Assembly: GCF_000150275.1 (NCBI RefSeq)
Contig: NW_002060960.1
Location: forward strand, 1,068,469-1,132,468
Source of the DNA: Trichoplax adhaerens
Lineage: Eukaryota; Animalia; Placozoa
Direction: 5' to 3'
Length of the DNA: 64,000 nt
The first letter of the stretch is position 1; every line of letters begins with the position of its first letter. Under the pieces are notes generated by a model. The model ran no database searches. It was given only the letters and a program-made list of their open reading frames with translations, and was not told the DNA's origin. The position numbers and the translations under genes were made by a program. Positions 15,618 to 28,029 of the stretch are shown here, piece after piece.

Positions 15618-16792
15618 TGTACATACAGTCGTGCAACCATTCGAACATTGGCCGTTACCTATATATATATATACATTAGACATGTTCACACAGTCGTACA
15701 ACCATAATGATGGCTGCACGACTGTCACTGTACTGTACAGGAAGAACTTCCTCTTCATAGATGTCTTCTAGCATAGTGATGTAATCGATGATACGCGCAC
15801 ACTTAAATGCTCTTGTCTCATCGAGACAAGAAAACGATTTCGAGTGATCGCTGTCTTGGATTGCAGAAATTAAATTGGCGTGCTCTCCGTCGAGTCATAA
15901 TGAAACGTTTTCTTATGTCGATGATGTCATCTTTCTTGTAAAACAGTTCCGTTCTGTGACTGTTAATTTGCTACCTAGCTATCGCCAGGCGTAGAGGGAA
16001 GAAAAAGACCTAGAGTGCATAACTGTTTACTGACACTTTGTCAGTACTGTACAGTAATAAGTCTTCATAAGGGTGCAAGTGAAGGCGCAGGGTAGCTAAT
16101 CTGTTATTGGTTTTAGTAAACCAAAGAGAGCGACAACGAGAAAGTTCTGTGCAAAGTAATGCAAAGGCCTATCTTTTTTTTCTGTTCAATCTACTATACG
16201 GTATTAAAGTGCAAACCAACTTTCGAGCTAGATATTGATTGTAAACCGATGTTGCCCTGTTGCAGATTACGAAACAGTTAAAGTAGCAAGCGAAGTAAGC
16301 TCCGCATACTATATTTAGCATCATCACTTTCCGTTTTTCTCGTTTCTTAACAGTATAACACTGTATCGCTGTACTACAGTTAGGGTTAACACTGACTGCA
16401 GTATTCATTATAATATTATACTCGATATAGTAACTCGTGGCAACAAATTACAAGAACGAATGCCTTTAATGCTGACATCTTGAGAATAAATTTGGTCGAG
16501 CTCGATTATTCTCGCTTAAATCGTAGCAAGATCAATAGGGAACTGTAGGCTAAAAATTTCAGGTCATGATATCGTATAGCATCACTATCACATACGATCA
16601 TGTAGACTGTACTGACAGTTTACAGAAGGCGTGCCGACCTGTCTGAATTGTCCAGTATGGTATTTTCCGTACTGCACTGAGAAGCGTATACTGAACACTG
16701 TAAGGTGAGTTCATTTTAAGAGAGTAGACACAACACTGTAACTGAACTTTCTGCCTAGAGGTGAAAGGTAAAGGGGCATCCAAAGCTGCAGC

Positions 16793-19700
16793 ATGGCTCA
16801 CGAAACAGATCAATGTTTAAAGAACTACAAGTACTATTTTAAATCTGACATTTTGGCTAATAAAGTAGCCTTTATTAGTGGTGGTGGTTCAGGAATTTGC
16901 TTTAGAATTACCGAAATATACATGAGGTAACTTGTAGCGTAAATTTGCCGATGGGTACACCACCCGGATAGACAAATATTACAGGCTCAAACCTTGCAAC
17001 ACTGCCACCATACGACCTTGTTAGACGAACACGAGTAGTAGTCGTCATAGTCATTGGCAGTGATTAAACATGTAAAATTATATTTCATCTATTTACGTGG
17101 AGCTTAGCGTGCTATATTAGTAGATGTGATCGAAATGCGGATTTCAACGTAACAATGAAAGACTAGAAAACAGTTCAAAACATCTGTGTCAGATTTGGTG
17201 ACCTGTAAACATACGTAGGCTTACATTTCAGTATCAGTGTCGATATTGGATACTAATTAAGGTAGCGTTGTTGGACGCGATTTTCTTGGATTGCAAACGA
17301 TCGGCAGAAATCATTAGGCATCAACAAACTGGCTAAATTTTGTAGCTCATTCTCGAAATCAAATTTGCTAAAGTTACAGTTTGTAATACATATGACTGTG
17401 CGATTATCTCTTACTGGAGTACAGTTATGTACAGTACTCGCATAAACACTTGATATAGTATGGATTATGGAATTTTCGTATTTATAAAAACGTAAACTGC
17501 TCTAATCACGTACAGATTGCTAGAATACGTTGGCTAACTGAATCTACTGCCTAGAAAAGGAGAGCAGTCAGAGCTGCTGTACCTACTGTATAGAGCTAAA
17601 GCAGTTCATTATAATAATTTTATTTGTATTTACGCGTATTTTTATGTGATATGTGGAACGTTTATACATTAATTATATTTGTATTTACAAGTTACCTGCA
17701 GTAGTACGTTGGTGATTGTTGTAATCAGTCGATCATGTAAATGTTAACTGGGTGGAATTGACTAAGCTATAATATTAATAATTATATATAATCGTAAGGG
17801 AATTAGTATTAAGTACGATATAAAAGTTTCTCGAAATAATACTTTTTGTTACATCTACTCGATAAATGTAACCTGTATACAAACGCTGTAAACTACGCGT
17901 ATAGGCCGTTATACGTACGATGATAGAATGGAAATTACTGTATCCAAATAATATTGAATGAATGATTTTACTATCTATGAACACTACTGACAAAGCAATG
18001 CACCTTTAGACTAAAGTCTTGCTTTATATAACTATGTCAGTGGAAATAGAGTACAGATTGCAAACCTTGCTAATAATAATGGAATCTTTGTTATATCTTA
18101 TTCATTGCAAAACAGGCATGGATGCGATACCGTGATAGCTAGCCGCAATTTTAATCGCGTAAAAGAGGTACAGTGTAGTTACGGCTATAGATTGTATCCA
18201 TAAGCAACGACACTCATTGTGAACTGTTATTTTTTATAGTAATTTGTACATATTACATTACTTGAGTTTCAGTATTCGAATTAAGATTTGATTTTATTAA
18301 ATTTAGTAAACCTTTATCAGGTGGATCATAGTTAGTTTTTAACTATAGTCCTTAAATAAATACCGTTCAAGTTATTAACATCTATACTCATGTTAACAAA
18401 CTACTGACAGGCTGCGGAAAGGCTGGAGAAGGCAACAGGCCGTAGATGTTTACCTGTCCGAATGGATGTACGAAAGGTGAATTCAGCAGTCTCTATTAAT
18501 TTTCGAACTCAGATGTTATCTTATAAGTAATGATACGGTACTATCGGTCTGTCTATAGACAATAGTTGAATGCTTACCATCTGCAACATACATCGCAACT
18601 AACAAGCATATGTAGATTTATTAACAGTACATGTTTATGATTGATACAGCCTCAAGAAATTCAAGATGCGGTTGATCAAGCATTGAGCCACTACAATCGA
18701 ATCGATATTTTAATTAATGGAGCTGCGGGCAATTTCTTGTGCCCTGCTAGTAGATTATCTTATAATGCATTCAGAACAGGTGACTCAATTGTGGATATTG
18801 ACCTAGTTGTATACTTATTATTCACTTCTGTTAAAGTACTATGCCAGATTATTGTCAAAGTACGCGTATCGTAAATTAGCCGTAATACTTATAAAGTTAT
18901 GGATATGGAATTATTTTACTCTAATGATGATACGTTTCTATCTTGAACCCTTTAGTCATCGAAATTGATACGCTAGGAACATTTAATTTGAGCAAAGCTG
19001 TTTACGAAAAGTATTTCTCTGTAAGTAATTTTCAACCTTTACCATGTTTTATAGCCCTTAAGTATACCTTACTAAATATAATAATGCTTATGACCACTAC
19101 AGAAACATGGAGGAAATATAATCAACATATCAGCTACTCTACACTATAATGGCGACGTACTTCAGGTTGCATTTTAAGCCTTACGTATTTAATTGCAAAG
19201 TATTTTGCGAATTGTATAGCTGTAAAGAATCCAACAAGATATTGCTTAATAATTCCCCTATAAAACGCTTTTTGAAAGTTTAATATTTTTTCCACGAAAT
19301 ACTAGGTACATGTTGGTGCTGCAAAGGCTGCAATTGGTATGCAAATATAATCACACGTTCTATATTATTAATTTCCAATTTTTACTTACGCGTATATATA
19401 ATTATCGAACCCATCGTTTTTATTATTAACTGATATTAAATTAAGTTAGATCGGATATGTAAATTTATTTGTTTAAAGTTATGGTGTAAATTCTGATTCG
19501 TAATGATACAATGTCTGCAACTAGATGCTATGACAAAACACTTGGCTAGGGAATGGGGTCGTGATGGCGTCCGTGTCAACTGTATTGCTCCTGGCCCAAT
19601 AGCTGATACCGAAGGAATGAGAAGATTAGGTACGCGTATGATTCTTAACTAAAATGTGTTGAAAATATGTGATATTTGTTAAACTTGATTGTACTTTTCT

Positions 19701-20009
19701 CAGTTTTACCGCTAGGCCTATGATAATTTAAAACTAACTTTGTGTATTGTATTCCCCGATTTATTCTCTGTAATACATAAATTAGGCGGAGACAAAGAGG
19801 AACTAGCTCGGCATGTAAAAGAAGATATTCCTCTTGGTAGGATGGGTTCACGTATAGACATCGGAGATTCGGCGGTTTACTTGGGTTCCGAGGTTTCGTC
19901 ATACATTACAGGAACAGTACTTATCGTTGATGGAGGAACTTGTATGGTATCCCGCCGAAATATATTTGAGGCGGAACGAATGATGCGAAAACTTGCTAGT
20001 AAACTCTAA
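16793..20009 (+). CDS. DECR2: Peroxisomal 2,4-dienoyl-CoA reductase (SDR family), about 9 exons
   Basis: Exon 1 (16793-16926) reads [45 protein letters not shown]. Later exons give [83 protein letters not shown] and IPLGRMG...[12 protein letters not shown]-terminal -SKL is a PTS1. Confidence 0.96.
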
Positions 20010-20638
20010 ATCTTTATGTATCATTATAGAATACGTGTATTAGATAAACACGCTGTAGCGCTTGCCTCGATGTGAGCGTAACAGAGCTTATTTTCTCAGT
20101 GTAACGGCTCTACCAATTTTTAAAATTTAGCTCGAAAAATAATTACGTATAATTTAATCATCTCTAGATAGTAACATTGAGAGTCGCCCGCGTTGTAGGG
20201 GCAAGTAGACTATTACGTATCATGTAAAATTTTCTATATTGCACCACTGCGGAACCAATAGCTTTACAAATAAAATTTGCTATCTACATTGCTACAATTT
20301 AATTGGTGATGCCAACTACTGTAAAATTAATATCCCCATTGCAGTCTGCATTCAATTTCTGTGAGGATATTTCGCTAGATTGCCATATACCGTTCTTAAC
20401 TCTGTAGCATATCACTGACACACGTTCATATCAAATTTACAAGATGTACCACTTGGTAATAGGAAAGTTCTACACTACGTCGAGCATTAATCTTCAGTTG
20501 ATGAATAGTTATCTACATGCAGTCGAATATTTTCATAAATTGGTTTCAAAGGCACAAGGAACGAGTACACAATCATCATCAAGAACCCAGTCTTTATTAT
20601 ACAGCTTGTTACATATTGATCATACGAGAAGTAAAGTA

Positions 20639-22429
20639 CTACTTCTTCTTCTTGATATCTGTGACGGTTAGACCTGCAAAAACAATATTGAAATGACCCA
20701 TTAATAGAGAGTATAACAACTTCAAAGTAATCCGATTTATGAACAGTCCTAGATCAGCAAATTACGCTCTCAGGTTTGTAAAAACATCGATACGATCTAA
20801 ATCGGTCTACTTTTGCTGGTTGGTTTACAGTATAAAAGTTACAATTTTCTAAGATTATCCTGAAGTATATCTATATATATATTTCGTCTAATTATAATGA
20901 TTTAGAAGAGTACAAAACTATGCAAACTATCCTCTTCTAGTGTATATTGTATAACGTATTATAACTATATTTTCAATTGAACACGAACTATTAAAGAAAG
21001 TAAGTAAGATTCTATCTATTAATTGTAATTCCAAAGTTTCGCTATCAACTACAAATCCTTTAACTATAGGTAGTGATTAGAAAATGTCACCATCTTTATA
21101 ATAATTCAGTGACACGCGCATCTTAACAACGGATAGAATCTAGTGGTACAGGCTTTAAGTAAAATAGGTAAACCTTAAATTCCGATATCCTATATTGTAT
21201 GCGCATACTGTAATATTACCTGGAGGTAGAGATTGCCTCAATTTATCAGCTTTTTCTCCATCATCAACAACTAGAGTATACAAGTATCTCTGGCATCGAA
21301 CTTTAAACTTTGTTTTGTCTTTCAATTTGATAATTTTAACAGCTAGAAGACAATTATAGCCCGGAAGGAATTAGTATATGGTGCACGCTATGATTTATAA
21401 GCTTCAAAATTACATTAACTTCTCTAACTTAAAAGATAAATGAGGATATATGCAAGGGCATTGTTAAAGTTCATTACATAGTCCAATGAATTTATTAGCA
21501 ATGTTAAATAAGTGAGTACTATCAGCTAGCATTATATAAGTGTATTAAGTATAATTATTTATTACTTAGTGTTACAGTATTAGGTGAACGCGAATGTCTC
21601 TAACTCGTCGCATTCGTTTGAGATTACAAAATTGTCATCCATCACTATTAAGTAGATCTTAACGGTGATTCTATAAATTGTGATGCGAGTTCATGGTAAT
21701 TTCGCGGATTACAAATATAGTAGCTTGCGAACTCTGTCACTGCAAATCCTATCGACTTTACAGAATAGTTTTACGTTTCCTTTGAGTCGTTCATGCTATC
21801 ATACTGAAATTAGTGTTGCCATCAACAACCGATTTTAAAAACGAGAACAAGAAGCATAGCGATTACTACATACAATACTGTTTCACTATTCCCCAATAGG
21901 GAATGTTTAGCGCTAATTCTATGATATTGCCCAAACGTTATGTAGTGTACGGTAGGTAATCATTACCATGACTTCACTTTTGAGAATGAACAACATAAAT
22001 ACTAAGTGAAGTAAACTACGTACAGTGTACTAAGTTTATAGCATCTATCTTGAGATGTCGAAAAACATTTAAAGATGATGATAATCTACCGTTGAAAATT
22101 ATGCAATTACTCTAATCAACATATAATACCTCTTGCGTCTTTACGACGAGCGGTTAACAGAAAGTCTTTAATTTCTTTAATTTCCTTAGGCTAGTTTGAA
22201 AATAGAAGAAATGTCAATTTTAGGTATAAATTTTTATCAATTTAGTATCTTTGCTACGGTTGAGTGGCCTAACGATCTAATGTTAATGAGAACTATCAGT
22301 GATTTAGCTCTGGGAAAGTAACATTCAAGTCCATTGTGATAGTAGTGTCTACTTTGGGAGCGATATAGGATCTACTTGCTATCTCCTTTTGCTCCATTAT
22401 CTTAGTGCACGCGCACTCCTACTTACCAT
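20639..22429 (-). CDS. RPL38: 60S ribosomal protein L38 (eL38)
   Basis: Exons 22429-22427 (ATG only), 22190-22130, 21342-21220 and 20673-20639 splice to [73 protein letters not shown]. All junctions are GT-AG and phase-compatible. The ORF track misses this gene. Confidence 0.97.
21676..21790 (-). ncRNA. Candidate intronic box H/ACA snoRNA in RPL38 intron 2
   Basis: Minus strand: weak hairpin CGACT...AGTCG, hinge ATAGGA (ANANNA), second hairpin GAGTTC..GTAAT-loop-ATTAC..GAACTC, then ACA+3 nt. The upper stem lies 14 nt from the ACA. No target was identified. Confidence 0.3.
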
Positions 22430-22465
22430 GATCAAAGTATCCGAAGCAGCAATATAGCGAGACTG

Positions 22466-22483
22466 AAGCAGGAAAAAAAAAAG
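22466..22483 (-). promoter_or_regulatory. 5' terminal oligopyrimidine (TOP/TCT)-like tract, probable RPL38 transcription start
   Basis: The minus strand reads CTTTTTTTTTTCCTGCTT about 40-55 nt upstream of the RPL38 ATG, as is typical of ribosomal-protein genes. Confidence 0.65.
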
Positions 22484-23080
22484 TATAATCTGTTAATAAC
22501 AAGACTACTCTCAAAGCAGAAGCTATTTTTTAAGCAGATGAGCATACGATGGCATTAATATACCAAGGATAAAGTTAGCAATCCGCCATTACCTGCACTA
22601 CTTCCTCCAGCGGATTCCCTGACAGATCGTTTTTACGTAAAAGAACTGTTGAGGGTATGCGCACGCGCTAATATACTGCATTGCGACACCATGCTGTAGC
22701 GAACACTCGTACAGCACAGTACTGTAGACTCTTATGCACTGTACACTGTACACTGTACACTTTGTACTGTAGGACAGTTCGAAATTGAGAAACATGTTGC
22801 CCTTCTAACGTTCCAAACATTTCTATTCGTTATAGTCTCAGTATTAATGTACCGATTGACTAAAGTAAATGAATCCTTTTTTCTAAATTTAAGTAATATA
22901 TTGCGATCTCTATTTGACTATGTGGCAAAGTTGCTCTTGAAAGCAGTTCTACAACGGCATCAAAGCCTTTTTATTCAATTTAATTATTCTATCCTAAGCT
23001 ATATTTGTTAAATTGGACGATGTAATACTATATACAGTACAGTGTTAGGCAGTAATAGTACAGTTACGATTGCTTTTGTT

Positions 23081-23402
23081 AGCACTAGCTTAGCATAGAA
23101 GTAACCTATTTTCATGAATCATTCGCGCCTATAAATAATTTCCTCCAGCTGTGCTCCTAACATTATAATAGCTATCTTCTTTCGCCTATCTTGTTCGTTA
23201 GTTCTGGTAGTTACATGGTAAGCTTGCACGCTTTATCTATTCTATACTACTGTAGTTATTCGACTAGTCACGTCGTTACTCGCACGATAATCTTACACGA
23301 TTATTCTCTTACACTTACTTAATTCAGGTTACTCTTCCGTTAGCTATTCTATTGTACTTTATTGCGACTAATGGCGAACTCTCAATCTTCCGAAACATCA
23401 CA
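23081..23402 (+). mobile_element. 5'-truncated LTR copy (family B)
   Basis: About 320 bp closely similar to 42238-42560 (AGCACTAGCTTA...CTCTCAATCTTCCGAAACATCACA) and ending in CATCACA. No matching 5' end or TSD was found. Confidence 0.8.
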
Positions 23403-23739
23403 CTACCAGCTCAATTTTGTATTTTCACGTTGAGGAAAATACGATGTAAACATGAACTACTGTCATTGGAGTAGTCCCTGACGATGTACTATAGTAATTA
23501 TACCATGCATACTGTCAGGCCAATGGACTGTGTTAGTGCTCGGCCTTATGAGGTAAAGGGTTTCTGTATTCAAAAGAAGGCATCGGTAGTGCCAACTCCA
23601 TATATATGGGCACTTACAGAATTTGTGACAGTAATCGGCTAGTCTAGCAACCATACTCAAAGTGAGGGGCCGACAATTTTACTGGTTATCTCATCAGAAG
23701 CCAATGTCAGAAACGATACATTATGTTGTCCATGATTGC

Positions 23740-24438
23740 TGTCCAAATGAGTTGCTAGTTGCTACTGTATTTTTGATTTATTTCGTGCAGTGTTATATAC
23801 GGTTGTAGTGGTTGCGCCTTGTAGAATGACTACAAAATAATCAACTGCCAACATTATTTTGCTCTGAACGACCACTTACGTGCCTTTCCCTTGCGGAAAA
23901 TAGAGCATATTCTGTACGATAGCCTACGTAGTTAGACGGTGTCACGTTGAAATTATGCACGTAGCATAAATAGGTAAATCACAAACGTTGATGTCCAAAT
24001 GAGTTGCTAGTGGCTACTGTATTTTGATTTATTTCGCGCAGTGTTATATACAGTTGCAGTGGTTGCGCCTTGTAAAATGACAACGAAATAATCATTTCCC
24101 AACTTTATTTTGCACTCAACGGCCACTTACGTGCCTTTCTCTTGCGGAAAATAGAACGTATTCTGCACGCTAGCCTACGCAGTAAGGCTGTGTAACGTTG
24201 AAATTATGCACGTAGTATAAATAGGTAAATCACAAACGTTGATGAAACCTATACTACATCGTACCCGAGCGAGTATTAGAAGCAAGAGCTAATGTAAATA
24301 TGGACTAAATAGGTAAATCTCAAACGTTTATACTACTGTATACTGCAAAGGTTTCCCAGACAAACGTTTCTGAAATCGATACTATATCGTACCCCATCGA
24401 GTATTAGAAACAAGAGCTTATATCAATCTCGACTAATA
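23740..24438. repeat. Diverged tandem duplications (252-bp A/A' followed by about 80-bp B/B')
   Basis: TGTCCAAATGAGTTGCTAG...CACAAACGTTGA occurs at 23740 and 23992. CAAACGTT..ATACTA.ATCGTACCC..CGAGTATTAGAA.CAAGAGCT occurs at about 24233 and 24361. Confidence 0.9.
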
Positions 24439-27400
24439 GACATTGCTACAAGTTGTTCAACGCCTATATAAACGTTTATGGGAGCTTGCATATCATTAAC
24501 TGAACGTTTGCAGTAGGGTTTAGCACTTAATTAGCAGTGGTTGCTAAGCTGAACTTTCAATCAGAAGGTGTGTCCTTCCTAAGGAACTCCATAGAAGGAA
24601 GTCACAAAGTCACGATCCTACGTCATCACTGTCCTCCACTTAACATTACTGTATATTATAGAATGCCATCATGACTCCTATACTGCGCTGTAAAGTAGAA
24701 TAGCAGCGTGATCAAGAGTATCCTAGCTCTACAAAATCTAGGCATCCATTGCCTCTTCAGTTGTCGTTATTATACAGTAAAAACGTATACGAATTTTGAG
24801 TTCTAAAGTAAAACGTTTGAATAAAAGTGCAGATCAAATCGACCGTTTATCCAAGATATACTTGTGCTGTGCCTTTCTATTGCAGTAGCACTCATTCTAT
24901 ACAATTGATACGTCCGTGATCGAGTATCTTAAAGAAAGTTAAACTATTGCAATTGCTTTGCCTGGATCTTCTGGTAAGAGTATAGCCATGTAGACTATGT
25001 ATTAGCTATATCAATGTTAAGATATTGGATAGTACCTGATGGCGTAAGATGACGGCCATTTCAACGACGCTGTAATCTGAGCGAAGGAATGATTCATAAG
25101 TGTATACGATAATTACCGTAATTAATTCATGATAGAACAGAAAATTTACCGCCGTACAATCATCGTCAATATAGGTTAAGCCAATTCTACTCTTGCCTTG
25201 TCTACATTAGAAAATATCGCAGTTTTGAATGCTATAACACATTTAGATTGCATTCAAAATGAAGATAGATGTAGAATGAAATTTGTATGCACTTTTGAAA
25301 TGAATCTTTCTAGCCGTACAGTGCTATTCTCTGGAGATTTACTTTTGATTCTAAACGTATAGTATCATATACGTCCTGTTGAAATCCAGTTTATTAAGCT
25401 TTTACCGTGATGATTTGGCTACTGGTAGCTAAGAGTAACAGACTTATTACACTTTCTCAGCAGCGAAAACAAGTTCAACTACGATAAGATATTGATAGTG
25501 AATGAATTCCTTGACGTCCTATAGCATGAGGAACATGACCAATTTGATCGATAGAATGCAATGCATAGTGTTTCGATCATTTTAATATCCAATATGTCTT
25601 GATAGCAAAATAAGCTCTACTAGTGATCCTGGAATTCCCTGTTATATGTCGTTACTTGAACGTGATATCCAAATAATTCCTTTTTAATGAGATATACTGT
25701 AAATGAAATTAGGAAAAGAAAGTTTGGTTAATCAAGTCATCATCTATCTATGGTATCATAATAGATAAGGAATCCTGTTTTCGAATACTTTTAGCGGGTA
25801 AAAAGAGACAATGTAGTCAAGACGGAAGAAGAGAAAAATTACTGTAGCTAGAATCAACATGTTCATCATTAGCTATTGCTTTACAACTGCGTAGCATAGA
25901 GTTGTCAATAGCGTATCGCATTAATAGCTAGGATAATGTAGTATCATTTGCGGTTTCAAATAGTATGATATTTCTGTTATTGCTGTTATTGAACTAGAAG
26001 TTATCTAGTGCTTAAAAAAAGTCCTTTCGCCCATACTTTATAATATAATGTAGAAGCATCAATAAACGTCAAGAAATCATTGCACGGTATTCCTTACATC
26101 ATGCATAGTTACTCAGTTATTTATTAATGGTAAGCATGTCGCAGTAGCCAACAGGTGATACTGGACTGGAAAAGGAGTATGCTGCAATAGACCCGGCTGT
26201 TGAAGTACATTAGCAAGGATAAATAAAGACCGATTAGATAAACAATATCTTGTTCCCAATGAGGACAGTTTTTAGAACTTCTGCTGTTATGTTGACGTAT
26301 ACCGTACCATCACGAGCTAAACTCTCTATCTCGCAAATTGTCGGCTCATTACTGTTAGCAGCAATCGAGCACTTTTACGATATTATCTTAATTAAACTTG
26401 AATTAGACGATCAAAATGGGAAGTTCCTTTTATATAGTGAGCCATCAATATTGCTAAAATCAGCTGAAATCACGTTGAAAAATGCTACAATATATCCATT
26501 AGCAAGATATCAACGAAAAACAAAGTTGAGATTTATTACCGGTTTGTAAAAATTATATTTGACCTTCCAGTAATTTTTACCGATAGTCTGCTAACTCGGA
26601 CTATTGTGGTGGATCTTGAGGTTGACTAGTGATACTTTTCATAAACTGCAGCTTTCATTTTGCTACTAGTTCATTGACTTTATTGAAGGTTATACTGTAC
26701 ATAAATTAGCAGAGTAACTGAATGATCGTAAGAAGTAATGCCGAAGAGGTCTTAAAACTTTCCCTTTTATAAGATTCTAGCTGTAATAGTAATGGATCGT
26801 TTTGTAACTTAGCAGTGTCGTACTATACAGATATTGAAGTTTACTAAATTCCTAGATACGACACAGACAAGGATTTTGATAACAAAACATGTTGATAATT
26901 TGTAATCTTTGATTATTATAACTTATAACTTAGCTACTATAATTATAATTATTTGACATGACATTACGCTGCGGTTCGGACTTAGTGTATTAGTGTAACG
27001 ATACACTTGTTTTAATGATTATTCGCGACTACTATAGATAATGTTAGGTGATATTTCTCTGTAGGATGATTAGATATACATATGCTACATGGGCACGTAT
27101 ATGGTTAATAAATGCATTGTACATCAATCCCACGTACGCATATTTCCATCACACGTATTTAATTACTATGCTATCCAACCTAAGAATGTTGCCTCTCAAG
27201 TTAACGAAATAAACCACAAATTATTTCGCGACGTAACAGAACGGTCAAATCTAAATACATTACGTACGCAAAACAACATCGAACAAACCAAAGATAGAAG
27301 AAAGCATAGAGTTCCTAAACATACGCACAACATTATACTTCCTATTACAACAGACGAAATGCCTATAGAATAGAGAATACTCGTATCGAGACTTGATTAT

Positions 27401-28029
27401 AGAATATAATGTCAAATTCTAGAATCACTACCCAACAATTGTGTGGCCGAACAGAATTTGCAAACATTATTTAGCTTCATCAAATACTAAAGTCACGGTA
27501 AAATAATCTTATACAGTTATACATCACAATTTACACTTTGTATGTCATTTTACTCTTGAGGGATTACCATCCATATACATCAAAGTTGCTGCAATGATAA
27601 CTAGAACGATAAATGCTTTTAATCGTTGCACTACTAATAATGCGATCAATCATTCAAACGTAAGAAAATTGGTCTGGACTAAGGAAATGTTTTAAGTATT
27701 AAGTACAAATACACCCATCCTCGTCCTTTGAATACCACATTTCATGGTACCATTTATATATTAAATACTTGTTATTTGTACGTAATATTAGAAATTGCCG
27801 CATAGGACCTGTCTTATACACCTATTTAAAGCCTTAATTAATAATGAATGCAAGTTATTACGTAGCTATTCTACAGTATTTATTAATATTTGTCAATGGC
27901 TGTTACTGTGATTTGTAGCAAGCTTTAGCTAATCATTTTTTATTATTAATGATGGAGCTTATTAATAAATGTTCATAAATCTGATAACTGTTAATTCTAT
28001 CTTACATATAGAGTATACGGAATTTGCTG

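Noticed and set aside
24500-26600. Possible decayed extracellular-protein pseudogene on the minus strand (e.g. KCSIAANSNEPTICEIESLARDGTVYVNITAEV)
   Set aside because: Only short open stretches; no consistent exon chain or identifiable domain.
27089-27373. ORF 27089-27373 and a nearby AATAAA...CATCACA as a further LTR end
   Set aside because: No protein motif, no matching TG start or TSD, and no alignment to LTR families A or B.
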